Assembly (NCBI GenBank): GCA_054600435.1
Contig: BAAIJX010000002.1
Span: forward strand, 124,001-188,000
Reading direction: 5' to 3'
Source of the DNA: Neophaeotheca triangularis
Lineage: Eukaryota
DNA: 64,000 nt
In this document: positions 1-13,776 of the stretch, piece by piece
How positions within the stretch are numbered: the stretch's first letter is position 1
Layout of the letters: each line of letters begins with the position of its first letter
Made by a program: the position numbers and the translations under genes
The notes under the pieces: model-generated
Databases searched by the model: none
Seen by the model: only the letters and a program-made list of their open reading frames with translations
What the model was told of the DNA's origin: nothing

Positions 1-600
1 GGGAAGAAGGGCGAGGTGGGAGGGTTCCCGCACGCGGGAGCTGTTGTTTTGGACGAGTAGCTCGGTCCTTGACAGGGGTGTGAGTTTAGTTGCGAGGGAG
101 AGTAGAGACTTAAGAGAGGGGCGAATAAGGTAGTTTAACGGAGTTAGTAGGGACTTTCAGCGGCAGTAGGTGTGAACGAGGCGTCACGTCTTTCAGGGGA
201 GGGGAACTTTCAGTAGCAAGGTTTAGGTAGGGTTAGCGGTAGCTGTTACTAGTGCTATAATAGGGGTGTGTTAACGCGTTTGTGACTGTAGGCTTTAGCT
301 TAGATACCCTTTAAGAATTCTTTATGAAAGATAGGAGTTATGTTTCATATTTTAAGTTGTATGTATAGTATAGCTCGTGACTAACTGTTCCCGTGTTACT
401 TTCTACTAATGTTATACCTCCTAGTATTAACATCTGATTGTAGTAGCTTTTACGATAGTACCAAGCCGGTATATATATCAACAGTTAAGGAATGATTGTC
501 TATAGTAATCACTCTCCTTTAAGAGAACTAGAAATTCTTAACGCCTCTTATATACAAAGCGATGTTTGTTCCGCTATGAACAACAAACGATTAGGAAGCC
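1..600. mobile_element. RIP-like AT/TpA-rich degenerate repeat (probable transposon relic, truncated by window edge)
   Basis: Dense TAG/TAA/TAT/CTA words, visibly few CA/TG dinucleotides, no credible ORF, and an abrupt shift to GC-balanced sequence near 600. Element family cannot be identified. Confidence 0.55.
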
Positions 601-787
601 CTCGAATCATTATAGTACAACCTTTTAACGAGCATCAATCCCGTCGCATACGAGTTGAAGTGAAGTTGAATGTCGGCCATCGGCGGAACGTCTTCCGGAC
701 AACGACCGAAAGTCTCCCGATATCGCATCCAGCTCGACCTCGTCTCTATCCTGCCCGCGTGGAGTCCACACGCCCACTTCGCCGGCG

Positions 788-2436
788 ATGTCGATGCACG
801 CCTCCCTCGCTCGGCCGAGTCTCTCGCAAATCCACATCTGTCGACAATGTCTCCTCCGCTCACAACGCCAACGATCCCGACATCCCCAACTCCCCCTTCC
901 CATCAAAACCCGCCTCTTCGCAACCAGCACTCGCGAGAATGCAACCCCCCCGCCGATTAAAAAGGGCGCCCTAGCCCTCCTCGAAGAACGCGGCTACATC
1001 AACCAACTCGCCGGCGACCGCGACCTCCTCTCCCGCCTTTTAGATTCGCAGCGCGTGGGCTTCTACGCCGGCGTCGACCCCACGGCCCCCTCGCTGCATC
1101 TAGGCCATCTGCTCCCCTTCATGGTGCTCTTCTGGCTCTACCTGCACGGCCACGAAACCGTGTCGCTGGTTGGAGGCGCGACGGCTCGCATCGGGGATCC
1201 CAGCGGGCGTCTCACGTCTAGAACCCGCACCGTCGAGGATTCGTATTCGGAGGATTATGTTCGTATGGATGCGCAGTTGGGGCGCATCTGGGACGGTTTG
1301 AAGGGGTGTGGGGAGAAGTATGGATTCCAAGGGAGGGGGGAGTTTAGAGTCATGACGAATGCTGCCTGGCTTGATGGCTTGAATGTGCTGGACTTTTTGA
1401 GGGTAATGGGGAATAGTATGCGTGTGGGCACGATGTTGGGTCGGGATACGTGAGTGAGTCCTGCGGTTTTGAGAGTAGAGGTTTATCTTACGGTGAAATT
1501 TTTCTGGAACTGGAGCTGACTTGCACGCTTGCTGGCAGTGTTCGCAATAAGCTAGAGAAGGGCGACGGCATGTCCTTTTCCGAATTCACGTACCCGCTGC
1601 TCCAGGCGTGGGATTGGTGGCATTTGTACCGCAGCTCGAACGTCATGGTGCAAATCGGCGGAGGCGACCAATACGGCAACATCGTGGCAGGCATGGACGC
1701 CATCAAAACCATCTCCACCTCTCAACTCTCCACCACCAAAACCTCCCCGGCACAGCCCCCAATGGGCCTCACCGTCCCCCTCCTAACCACCTCCAGCGGC
1801 GAAAAATTCGGCAAAAGCGCCGGCAACGCCATCTGGCTGGACAAAACCCTCACCCCAACCTTCGACCTCTACGGCTTCCTGCTCAAAACCTCGGACCAAG
1901 ACATCGCTCGCTACCTCAAACTCTTCACTTTCCTCCCACTGCCCACCATCGCTTCAGCAATGCAAAACCACGCCGCGAACCCCGGCGCCCGCGAACCCCA
2001 GCACTTGCTTGCGCGCGAGGTGCTCGAGCTCGTGCACGGTCGGGAAGAAGCGCTGGCCGCTGAGCGCGCGCATCGCGGTAGTCGGAGACCGAGTTTAGAC
2101 GCTTTTTCTTCGCCGGCTGATGGGGAGAGTGGGCTGGAGGGCCAGGAACGTGTGAGTCTACCGCGGGAGCAAGTTGTGGGTTTGTCCATGGCGGCGGTTT
2201 TGCAAGTTGCGGTTCCCGGGAGCAGTAAGTCGGGGCTTGCGAGGATGATTTCGAGTGGGGGGTTGTATGTTGCTCGAGCGCAGAGGGGGTCAGCCGGGGA
2301 GGAGAAGGGGGAGTTGGATTTTGTGGCTTGGAGGGATCCGAGGGGTGTGGTTGGAGAGGAGGCGTTGGTTGGGGAGGGGAAATTGTTGGTGCTGAGGCTG
2401 GGGAAGTGGAAGGTCAGGGTTGTGGAGGTTGTTTGA
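788..2436 (+). CDS. MSY1: Mitochondrial tyrosyl-tRNA synthetase; exons 788-1449, 1539-2436
   Basis: YAGVDPTAPSLHLGH (HIGH), GGATARIGDPSGR, EFTYPLLQAWD, QIGGGDQYGNI, KFGKS (KMSKS-type); Arg-rich presequence-like N-terminus; intron GTGAGT..GCTGAC..CAG restores RDT|VRNKL. Confidence 0.95.
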
Positions 2437-2714
2437 GAACGCTAATTACGGGACCGAGGAGAGAAGATGGAATGCACGAGTTGGGACGTCGAGCCGGGCA
2501 GACGCTCTGCGACCTCGTACGTCGTTTGTGGTGTAGTATTAGCGCCGAGTATGTACTCTAGATTCACCACTATTGATAGGACTTGTATATTACATTCGCA
2601 ATTCACCACGATGAACATATAGCATGGGATTGCAAATGAGCCACATCAGGATAGGAGATTCCACGAAAGATCAAACTGACCACATTCAACCAACTACAGC
2701 ACATCTAAAAGCTG

Positions 2715-4155
2715 TCAGGCTTGGAACGTTTGAATCAAAGCCTGAAGATCAGCCTTTTGCCACCGGTCCACCTTGCCCTGCCACCTATCCCTAACCATAC
2801 TCCCTTTGACATTAGGCACGACGGCCACGATGCTAGCAACGGCAGTTTCAACCCTCGCCGCCGCGCCAGCCACAACAACAGTCCCCTTACCACCCTCCTC
2901 ACCCAAAACAACCACTACGGCGCTGCAGCCTCGATCAAGCACATCCTTAACCCCACCAAAGACTTCCTTCACATACCCCATATCCCCCTCCGCCCGATGC
3001 AAGCACACAACGCCACCGGCTTCGAGATGCCGCGAAATCTCACGGCTCTGGAACCTAGCAATCTCCAACAAAAGACCCGTCTCCCGCTTCCTCGCTTTCA
3101 CGGCCTCGGCTTGCAACTCCTCTACCCTCGCGACCGCTTCTTCCGGTGCCTTGCCACAGCCGACAGTCTTGCAAATGGCGTTGACGCTTTCCAGCGAAGT
3201 GGTCGACAGCCGCACGGCGCGCTCCCCGGCCGCGAAGAAGAGGCGGGAGCGCTGTTTGCTCACCGGTTGCAACGAGTGCAGCAGGATGAGCGAAATGTGC
3301 GACGTTTGCTGGAGGTGGGTGCCGCAGCAGCTGCAGACGCGAAGCGCGTGTTAGTTCTCTGTCTGGTGCGGAGGCGGTGGGTGTTTTGCGGTTGGGGGGA
3401 CGAACGTGTTGCGGTCCAGGTCGCCGATCTTGATGACCCGGACCGTGCCTCTCGACTGGTCATAATCGCCCGGCAACCGCGCGGAAGAGGCGCTTTCATC
3501 AGACGTCTCGACGGCTATGGGAAGGTTTTCCCCGATTGCGGCGACGCACTCGGCTTGCACGGCTTGCAGGACCTGGACATCGGGCTTGGAGGCCAGGTCG
3601 ACGTAGTTCAACCCGCCCTCCCTCCCCATTCCCCAGCCTACGGTCTGGAAACCCTTGGCGTTCAGGATCGCCGAGAGCAGGTGCTGTCCTGTATGCTGCT
3701 GCATGTGGTCCCAGCGTCGAGGGAAGTCGAGGTTCTGGCAGACCTTGTCGGAGACTGCGAGAGGTTGCGGCAGGTGCAGAAGACAGCGCAAACCCTCACG
3801 TACTACGCGGTTGACTTGGACGATTTGGGCATCGGCGTCGGCATCGCAGGTCCGGTGCAGGGTCCCGTGGTCTGAGGGTTGGCCGCCGCCTATGTGCGCG
3901 AGATCGTGAGCGGGAAAGCTGGTCGGTAGCTTAAGAGGCTGCTTACGCACCTTCTGGGAAGAGGACTGAGTCGGCGCATTCGACTTGCCAGGTTTCTCCC
4001 GGGCGATGTTTTGAGCCTTCGGTGGTGGCGGGCTGGGGGTTTGGGGGTTCGAGCTTCGTGCATGCTATCACTTCGGTTTGGAGAGTTTGGAGGTAGGAGT
4101 CTCGTTGGCAGGCCAGGTTGCCGACTATTTGGCTTTCCATCGTTGCAGTCATCAT
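2715..4155 (-). CDS. AlaX-type alanyl-tRNA editing protein; exons ~4155(or 4140)-3951, 3889-3406, 3330-2715
   Basis: Spliced product contains DSVLFPEGGGQPSDHG, HMQQHTGQHLLSA (HxxxH) and NTCCGTH (CxxxH) zinc-editing motifs; both introns are GT-AG and restore frame. Confidence 0.9.
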
Positions 4156-4603
4156 TTACAACGGTTTGGGATGTCGACGGGCTGGTGTGCTGATTGGATA
4201 TTTTTTACAATCGGTTTGTGACTTGCCTTGAAGTGAAGGGCAACGGCTGAGATGTACGTTAGAGTTTCAGATGTTTACGTCAGCAGTTTGCGGTTCATGA
4301 GTAGGTAGGTTGCCCTATCTATCTCAGTATTAGCAAGGAGTATGTAAGACAAAAGTAAATAATGCGAGTAGAAAGCAAAACAATACAAAGAGCTGCTTAT
4401 ACAAAAAGCAAGTAAAAGGAGTACTAAACTTCACTAGGTGGTAGCTGAACGGTAGGAGGTAATGAAGCAATGAAACAGCGTAGACCAAATTGCTACAGAA
4501 CCAGAGCTAGCTCTCAACATCCCGTACAGATCATACTCTCACAAGTAAGCTAGAAAAATTCCAACCGGATCACTTCACAAAAGAAATCCCTAATTCCCGA
4601 CCC

Positions 4604-6890
4604 TCAAAAGTCCTTCTTAGTCTCCGAATCCCCATCCAGCACGTCGTTCCCCTCAGCACCAATGATCTGGGGGGCTTTGGGAATCTTCCTTCTCAACAAA
4701 TGCCTGCTCCAGAAGTTCGGCACCGAGACGGTCATCTCGTGTTTCAGGAACTGCCTAGTCGGGACCTGGAAAACCTGGTCCAACTCCTCCAGCGTCAACT
4801 GCTTAGTCTCTCGCACAAAACAGAAAACCATGAACCACGCGATCAGGTTCAGGCCGGCATAAAAACCAAAAGCGCCCGTTTGCGTCATGGCGCTGCTCAT
4901 ACGTGGGAAAGTTAGGGATAGGATGCCCGCGAAAGTGTTGTTGATGCACACGGCCCAGGCCATGCCTTGCTCGCGCTGGATGGTGGGGAAGACTTCGGCG
5001 CTGTACTGGAAAGCTATGGGTCCTTCGCCTAGGCAGTACATGATGGTGAAGAGGTAGACGAAGAGCACGACCGGGCCGAGTTTGGATGCTGATGAGCGGG
5101 GGTCGTCGGCGAGAGTGTCGTAACCCGGGTGGAGGAGGGAGAGGCCGGCGGCGAGGAGGAAGATGCACATTAGAGGGAAGGTCTGGGGGAAGTCAGTAAA
5201 TCAATTTGGTAGAAGGCATGAAAGGGAAAAATCCTAAAAAGAAAAACACAAAAAAAATAAAATTCAATGAACTCTTTCTCTGAAGCCTTGTCTTGTGGTT
5301 GGGTTAGACTCACAATCAAAGCCAGTCGTCTCCTCCCTATCGTGTCGATCAGGAAGACAGTCGGCAGGGTGAATATCACTTGGATGGCGCCGTAGCCAAG
5401 AGAAGCATACAGAGCCTGGGTATCGCTGTAACCGACTTGGGTGAATATGGAAGAGCTGTAGAAGGAGATGACTGTGAGGCGTCAGCATCCGGCACTTGTT
5501 ATCGACTGTGTACTGCATGACTTACTGTTGATGCCACACATCTGCTGCGCGATCATGACTGTCGATGCTCCGTAATTGGAACGCCTGATACGCGGCACAG
5601 AGAAACAATCCCAAAGCCGCTGGAAGTAGCCACTGCCCTCAGCAACCTTGAGTTCTTCTTGGTAAATTACCCAAGAGTAGTACAGGTCGCGAGCGGCAAT
5701 GATATCGTGCGCTCGCAAGCGAGACATGGATCGGAAAGCTTTGGCGAGCCTCAATTGCTTCATTAACCATCGGGGGCTTTCGGGGCAAATGAAGATGCCG
5801 CACATGAGGATGAAGGATGGGATAAAAGCCGAGCCGAGCTGGAGACGCCAGGAGAGTCTACCAGTATCTTTGACGATGACATTGGCGCAGAAGCCGAGGA
5901 AGATGCCTGGGATCGACGTTAGCCTTTGCTTACGTGCTTACATGTTCCTTGAGGTCGTTCACTTACCAGCCGTGACCCACAATTGCCAAAACATGACAAG
6001 AGCACCACGAACCCGAGCGGGAGCCATCTCGGCGGAATAGATAGGAACGGTAGCATTCTTTGCTCCAATACCAATGCCCATCACGAATCTAGCGGCGAAG
6101 AGACCTTGCCACGTTTGGGCGAACGCGGAACCGATGGGCGTAGCAGTAAGACAGGCACCGGTGATGAAAATTTCACCCCGTCTACCAAAATAATGGTTGA
6201 GAGGGTCGACGATGAACGCACCACTGAGGAAGAAGTCAGCCAAAGAGTTCCCTCGTCCTTGTTGGATTTCACTCACATGAGTCCAGCAGTGAGAAAGATG
6301 ATAGCGTTGATAAGACCGATCAACCACTCGTCCCTCTGAGATCCACTGTCGATACCAAGCGCCTCATGGAAGGTGAGGTTGGCACCATTGGAACCAGTCT
6401 GGTCCCAGCCCTGCGTAGCAGCACCGACGGCGCATAAGCCGATCGAAAACCAGAGCATACGCGGGCCGTGCCATTTGTGGTTCTTCTCGTAGACCAGCGC
6501 CTCACGCTCGTCTTCTTGCAAGCCAAAGATGTCGTCGATCCTGTCCGGGTCACGTGCAACTAGAGCAGCTCTGCTAAAGAGCTCATCGTACTGCTCTAAT
6601 CCATAGTTCTGGGCGAAGAGTCGCGCATCGGCGGAGACCTGTGTCTGGGATTTGCGCTGTAGGGTGACGAGAGCGTGTTAATGGGGTGCGTTGCAGCGAT
6701 GCATTGCGGGTTTGAAATTGTGGTCTCACGGCAGGCTTACTTTGAGAGGATTCTCGATAATATTTACAGCGACACTGCCCCGACGACCACCCTGCTCGGC
6801 GGCTGAGCTGTTTCTCCTAGGCTCGGTGCCATGTGGAGCAACGCCCTTGTCGTCGAAGTGATCGGTGACACCGTCGTTAATTTTTTCCAT
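4604..6890 (-). CDS. MFS sugar porter (myo-inositol/polyol-transporter-like), multi-intron
   Basis: QGWDQTGSNGANL, GRRG loop, PIYSAEMAP, PESPRWL, QQMCGIN, YSAEVFP and ETKQLTLEELD motifs spread over exons separated by GT-AG introns. Confidence 0.92.
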
Positions 6891-8660
6891 AGTGGGAAAC
6901 GTCTGATTCACGGGGAAGGGAGTAAAGCTTCAAGCTGTGACAAGGCTTGAAATCAGCAAGAAAGGACCAAGAGCGAGAACCTCACCCTTCGAGCAGCCTT
7001 CGCGTGGCTTCATATATGAAAGCTCCCCACCCATTGACCGGACCCCGTGGCACGAGTGGGGACGCAACCTTGCGCAGGCCATGTGGGGTGGGGAGAGCGC
7101 CTCCGTGGATCCTTCGCGCCAGCGATCCTGCACTGTTTGGGCAACTTGGGGCAGTCTGTGGCGGTATAAAGAGCTTCTCGACCAGTAGCAAGGCGACGGA
7201 GACTATCACGAGACTCCGAGTATGCATAACGAGGGTCCAAGTCGCAGAAGCTAGCCGCGCATAGTTTGGTCACGATTGTTCGTCCCGCTCTGCAGTCGAC
7301 CATGTTCTTTGATCGCTTCTATGCTTACATCGCATGCTGAGAGAATGTTGCAGACCATTCGTGTTGATCTGTCCATCCTAAACCCACCCTCCGGCAAGCT
7401 TGCTAGCAAAATGTCGTAGGCGTCAAGTTGCCGTACCTTCACGAGTGTTGCAATTCATCGATGATGTCGACGGGAGAGGCATGCAGTTGGTGGTAGGTGG
7501 CGTCGCACTGTTTCCCTTGGCGCCATGCCGTCCACCAGTCTTGTAAGAGTAAAGCATGCCTAGCTCTGAACTTTGACATGCTTAGACGAGCTTTGCCGTC
7601 ACTCCCGAGCCTTGCCAGTTCTGGCTAAGCTGAGTCTTGGTATACTGCACTACGCTTAATTAGTACCTTACCTCGTACATCCACCAGGTGAGGAATGCTT
7701 GAGTAATCGTTGTGTATAAGATATGGCGATTCATCATGAGTTATCCTTGGGCACCATTGCAAAACAGCTTGAAGGGCATGTCAAGCCTACAGTACTTATC
7801 CAAAAAACCTTCCCGGGACGATGATGAGGAGGTAAGTAAAACCAGCAACGACCACGCTACGCCACGCGATCTCTTCCCCACGGCACACCCACGAGGATCC
7901 CGAGGAGACGCCCCACCATCGACCAAGCTTAGGCTAAACCCATGATACCTACTGTAGCCCTCTTCTTGTCCGTATATAGGTACATGATCGTATCTACATC
8001 GCCTCTACAGTGAGACCAGAAAAATTGGTCCACACTGGGCCGACAGGAGGTAAAAAGTCATATCATGAGCCAGCTTCAGGAGAAACAGAACAGCAAGCAC
8101 CAGTTCGACACTTGGTCGGCATCTGACTCCTCTGGTGGAGTTTAAAGGTCCCCATGTCGCATCTACGATGAGGCTCGCAGCTCGTTGGGGACATTGAGGT
8201 TGAAAGACACTTGAGCTGAGGTCTTTTGGTATGCTCACCAGGGCAAGGCATAGTGCAGCCTGTTATAACCTCATCAAATGCCGCTTTCACTGTGTAGCAT
8301 TCCGAGATACGATCAGAATTGGCTTTTATCGTCTTTTCGTTGTTGTTCTAGTTTCCGAATTGCCCGATCAACTGGAAGAGCAACACGATGGCAAGAGCTC
8401 GCCATCAACAAGTTGTGGACTTACAAATGGTCACATGCCGGTTATTTTATTTAGCAGCGAAAGCGTAGAATCAACCCTGTCAGGAACAGGGTGCAGGGCC
8501 GGACGAAGTTGCGATGGCGCTCGAGTGGCACAAGACTTAAAAGCTCGACTTTGGCAAACACTCTTCTCTGAGTTGGATTTCTGAAACCCTTCGATCAGAC
8601 CTGATACGTCCAGCAGCAAACCCACCTTTATCAGGCCTGAAAATTCGTATCCTTCGCATC

Positions 8661-10396
8661 TCACGAACCTCCACCTTTAGCCTTCCAAACCACAACCCTC
8701 TGATCGAAACCCCCACTAATCAAAACTTCCCCCTTTGCACTCTCCCCCTCCTCCTTATGCCCGGCCCACAAACACCTTACCTTACTCCCCACCTCATGAC
8801 CGCCCTTCAACTCCACAACAGCCTTCCCACTAACAGCTTCAAACCCCCTAACAACCCCATCGTCCCCATTAACCCACACCCCATCACCCCCAGGCCTCCA
8901 AGCAACCGCCGGAGTCGAATACGCCGTCTGCGGCGCCCCGGTATTGACGTGCGAACGGAGCGCCGCGAATTCGCGGTCCGCAATGGCGAGAGCGGCACGG
9001 GCTTGCGAGGCCTGAGTTTCGTGTTGAGCCGCTGCTGTGGCGTCGTCGAGGAGGGCCGCGATGGGTGGAGCCGCGGGTCTGGGGAGAGGGTTGTAGGGAG
9101 GGATTAGGAGGCGTGTGATTAGTAGTTTCATTTGGGGAATTGAGGAGGTTGCGACGGCGAGGAGGGTCGGGTCGGTGGGGTGCAGGGCTAGCGCTGAGGG
9201 GGTAAAGGCTACCCAGGCGTTGCTGTGGGGGGCGAGGTTTTGTTTTCCGAGTTCTTTTGGGGTCGTGGTGGTTGTGTAGTAGTAGATTGAGCTGGAATCT
9301 GTGCGGCTCAAGAGCAGGAGTGGGGCGTTGTCTTCGGGGTGGCGGAGGAAGAGGAGGGATTCTGGTTTTGTTGGAAGGGTGATTGTGGCAGTTGGAGTGC
9401 CTAGTTGGGGCGGGTTGGATGCCGTTGAAGGGTTGTAGATGTGAATTTTGTTGTCCCAGCCTGCGGTCGCCACCATGCAGTCGTCGCCGCCTTCGAGCAC
9501 CGCGATCTTGACGACGTATTTATTGTGGTCACGTCGTCTCTCAACGACCCTGCCTCTCAGATCGCTGAGTAGAAGTTGACCAGACATCGAAGCAGTAAGT
9601 AGATAGCGCCTCTGAAATGAGGCAAACGACAAGATCGGCCCATCTTGCAATCCCACTATCGAGTCCCGTAGTGCATGCGTGGCGGGATCCAGCAGGTGTA
9701 ACCTGCGGTCCGCAGTCGATACAAGCAGAACCCTTTGCGACGTCAGCAAAGCCACTCGTCAAAGTCTCCGACAAGCGCCCAAACCTACCTGCCCTCCCCC
9801 TCAAACTCCTCAAACCCTACAGCCAACACATTCGATTTCGCGGGTAAGGTGTCCAAGACTTTTGGCTCCTCGGGCGCTGCGGTATCATCAAAGTCAGCAA
9901 AGTCCTTACAACACCTCCTCATTTGCGCTTGACCAGCTCGCAAATCCGCCCACGAATCACCAGACTATATCATCCCTCGTACGATCGCATGCAAGACCGA
10001 ATACCCGGAAGAGAAAGACAGAAAATCCAAACTCACCGCCACCCCTCCAACCCTCGCCCTCCCCACCATCCTCCCCAACCTTCTCAAAAGACCCCGCAAC
10101 ATCAAAAGCCCTCTTCTCCTCCAACAATCTCTCAAGCGTCAAAGAACCCCGACCGCCATCAGCGAGCCCGGGGTCGAGGTTGGATTCTTCGAGGAATTGG
10201 TCGTAGGACTGGTGCCGTGGACATAGGTGTTAGCGAGGAGACACCGGAGAGTGGTGGAAGGTGGGCGGTTTATTGGACAGTTATGTGAAGCTTGCAATGG
10301 GACAGGAGTTTTGAGGTGTGTCGGACGTACGGCGGTGTAGTTGTTTGATTTCAGCCAGCGGGCTACAATTACCGCGGGTGAGTCGTGGGCGGGCAT
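8661..10396 (-). CDS. WD40-repeat protein with N-terminal LisH-like helix; 4 exons
   Basis: MPAHDSPAVIVARWLKSNNY (LisH-like); WD-type repeats (ATAGWDNKIHIY, NGDDGVVRGF, ISGGFDQRVVVW); introns near 10329-10210, 10035-9877 and 9788-9734 give a continuous frame. Confidence 0.8.
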
Positions 10397-11053
10397 TGCT
10401 TCGTCCTGACTAGTCGAGCTTCACGAGGATGTGGTTGTATGTTCTATGTGTTTATAGGTAAGGACAAGCTGAGCCCGTGGGGAAAGTGTTGTTCGACGTA
10501 TCTAGATGATGCCGTCGTGTGGGAAGAGTAGAGGCAAACATTCACTTGCCGCCGAAAGCGGGATGAAGCGCCAAGCAATCCCAGCTGAGCTCAAGAAGCG
10601 GTGGTGTTAGGGATGTATGTATTGTCTGTGTAAGGTAGTTTTTACATACTGGATGCAAGACGACGACTCATCAGAATGGCGCAGCTACACGCAGACGACC
10701 TGACCGACTACACATGTAGAAAACACTACATCGCGGCAAGAGCAGCTTCGGCCAAACAAATGCCACCACTGCCAGACAACACAAGAAGTCGACACAACAG
10801 CCACGAGGCGTGCACAGCAAGCGATGATCCTGAGTCAATATTCGCCAGGTACCCAAGACAGCTGCAGCACGAAAAGTGAAAAAGGTCAAAAACATCCATT
10901 TCCTTCCACAGCTTGCTATACACAGGTTTCACGCATGCGATCTTTTACACTACAGGCACTGGAAGCTGCACCAGAGCCAATGAACATCTGCGGCGATTGC
11001 ACGGATACGCAATCATCACTTTCTCGTTCGTGCCCAGAATGGAGGGGATTCGT

Positions 11054-13197
11054 CTACTCGACGAGCAGACTCTGCAAGCGGGCTTCGGCTGACATGACCT
11101 AAAGGGGAAAGCAAAGTCAGCGGATACGAACTTCATTCACGGGTCCACACCGCTTTTGGAAAAGGGCGAAGGGGACACAATCAACTTACCTCAACAGCCA
11201 TCCTGACCTCAAGAACCCGCCTAGTCTCGGCAACCCAATCACGGCTCAGAACCCCTGCCCAGCCTTTGAGCGCATTCATCTCACGCGCCGCGGCGTCCAA
11301 ATCGCCCTCCTCAAGCAAAACCTCAGCCCGCGACAAAGTCGCCTCGACATCATCACCCTTTGGCAGAGACCTGATGCCCGTGCGCTCGTTCTTGGCAAAC
11401 ATGAAACGGCTGAGAACAGCGCTGGCAGCGTGAGAAGCAACGCCGGCGTCCTCGGGCAGCAGGGAAGCTTTGCGGACTTCAGCGGCGACACGGCGGAAGC
11501 GGTCAATGAGGTGGGCCGGGGAGGGCAAGCCGCGTTGGTAAGCTTGCGGGTTGATGGCGCCGATGGCCGCGGCGACGAGCTTGTTGTCGTCCGAGGCGAC
11601 TTCTTTGAGGGCTACGAGCTCGTTGACGAAGGGCTGTGGCGTCTCGGTGTTGGCGAAGACGGCGTTACGGACGGCCTCGACGGCGACTTGGAGGTGTTGG
11701 GTACGAAGGGCGGCGTCGACAGTTTCGCTGGATTGGGAGGCGAGGGATTCGAGGTCGGCAACTGAGGACGACAGAGCGTCAAGTTTGGCTAGACGACCGT
11801 TGCGTTCTTGCTCGACACGCTGGGCCAGGCTGTCCGAGAATGTCTTTTGCAGCGCGATCTCTTGTTCCAAAAGAGAGTTGGCCGTTTTGCTTTGCTCAAC
11901 TTGGCGTGCGGCGTCAAGCTCCGCGGCTAGCCTTTGCTGGTAGCTTGTGCTTAGGCGCTCGCGTTCGGATTCGTATTCGTCGCGCCATTTGCTCTCTTGC
12001 TCGCGCATCTCGGTCTCAAGACGGCGGACGAGCTCACGGGCGGCCGAGTCGAACTCAGTGTGTGCATTCTTGATCTGCGCATCGGCTTCATGGGCGGTTT
12101 GCTGCTTCAGGGTTGCAATTTCGCCAATGATCTTGTCGAGGTCGGCTTTGGCGGCGTTCACTGTCGAGGAATACTTGCTGGCGTCTGGGGAGGCGTTAAT
12201 GGTGGTGATGATGTTGTTGACCATCTTCACCAAGTTCTGCACCACCGGCTCAGTAGCCTCGCTCACATTCAATTGATCGATCATAGCCCCGGGAGCGGAA
12301 GAGGTCGCCGGCGCAGGTGCGGGACCAGGCGCAGGCGCATCTTTCTTGGAGCTTTCAACAGCAGCGGCCTTCTCCTTCTTCGTAGCCGGCTCAGGCTGCT
12401 GTTGTGTAACCTCCTTCTTCGGTTTGCTCTCCTTCGAACTGCTGTGCCTACCACGACTCGACAAATCGCTCCCCTCACCCTCTTGGCTCACGCTAGGCTT
12501 GAGGCCGGCATACTTCTCAATCGTAACCTTGTTCTCACCACGCTTCTGCGGCCAGTTCCCGCTCGTCACGTCGCGGCCGGGGAAGCGGCGCTTGAATTCG
12601 CGCTCCTCAAAGTAGGCCACGGCATCCTCGCCGTAGGGCACGTACTCGGTGAAGAAGTCGTGGAAGTTGTCCGAGACGAGCGAGTAGTAGACACCGCCTG
12701 CGTATCCCAGGGTGGAGAGGACGAAGAGACCGAGGAGGAAGTTGCGGAAGCGGCGCTTGGGCTTTTTCGGGGAGGTAGGACCCGTGGCGGCGGAGCCGGT
12801 GCCTGTGGGAGGGAGATTGCCGGTGTTTGTTGAAGGCGCTGGCGCTTTGGAGTGTGTCTCGACGGGTGAAGGGGGAGCCTGGGGGATTGGCTGGGCGTTG
12901 GTGATGGACGAGACGGCGGCGGGGGGTTCCTGGGTCGCGGCTGTGGCTTCGTCACTTCGCGACCCAGGGAAGACAGTCTTGTCTGGTGCTCTCGAATCTG
13001 CGAATGCTCTCTGCATAGTTCCGAGTCAGTCAGATCAACCCGCCCTTTCCATGCTAGAATTGCTCGCTGTTCTCAAAAGGGACGATACGCACTGTGATGG
13101 GCGCTCTTATGCGTTGAGATTGCCATTGGCGACTGACGTTGGTCGCAAGGCCTTGCTCGGAGCATCTGCCGCCTCGAGCAAGGGCTAATCGCAGCAT
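11054..13197 (-). CDS. MIC60: MICOS subunit Mic60 (mitofilin); 3 exons, last exon VMSAEARLQSLLVE*
   Basis: Presequence-like exon 1, one TM helix then SDNFHDFFTEYVPYGE, long coiled coil, mitofilin domain (DRFRRVA..RKASLLPEDAGVASH..AAREMNALKGW); terminal GTAAGT..TAG intron. Confidence 0.93.
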
Positions 13198-13776
13198 GAC
13201 GGGCTGCAATGGGGTGGGAGGATGGAGGCTTGAGAAATGTCGAGGTAGCCTGAGCTGTCTGTTTTCCGCTGATGTTCCTGGATTGAAGTCGGGCTCTATG
13301 GCCGCGTTCACCCGAGGCTCTTGTGATTGGCTGGTCAGATTCCACGCTAGCTGCGGGATTCAAAGTAGTCAATGCGTTTTCGACCCGTCCAAGCTTCTAA
13401 GCTCAAAGCAAGCCCACCTACTGTACCTGAACGGTAGTAAGCATTCTCCTTCCTATGTCCATATTAAGGTAATGTGCATATCTACGCATGTCGAAAGCTA
13501 TTCTGACTCATTGCTATTTCCGAGTTACGGGTAGTCTCTCATACGAAACGAAAGAAATGCATCTAAACCAAAAATCTCCTGCTAAACGCCTACGCTAATA
13601 CAGCCATGCTACTACCCAAAGAAAGGCAATAAATCCGGGTATCACCACAGTAAAATAAAATCGCAAATTGAACACACACTGAGCGTCCCCACATCCTTCC
13701 TCAGTCTTACAGCCAATACAGCCGTAAACCCAGTCAAACCCAACACAAAACCCCCCAAAAGAAACAGCCCCCACAT

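Noticed and set aside
2721..3875. 384-aa plus-strand ORF, and similar long ORFs at 11997-12833, 46037-46744, 46791-47690, 61969-62721
   Set aside because: Antisense shadows of well-supported genes with GC-rich codon usage; no motifs of their own.
788..4155. TyrRS and AlaX convergent neighbours as a functional tRNA-quality-control cluster
   Set aside because: They act on different tRNAs and probably in different compartments; nothing in the sequence argues against chance adjacency.
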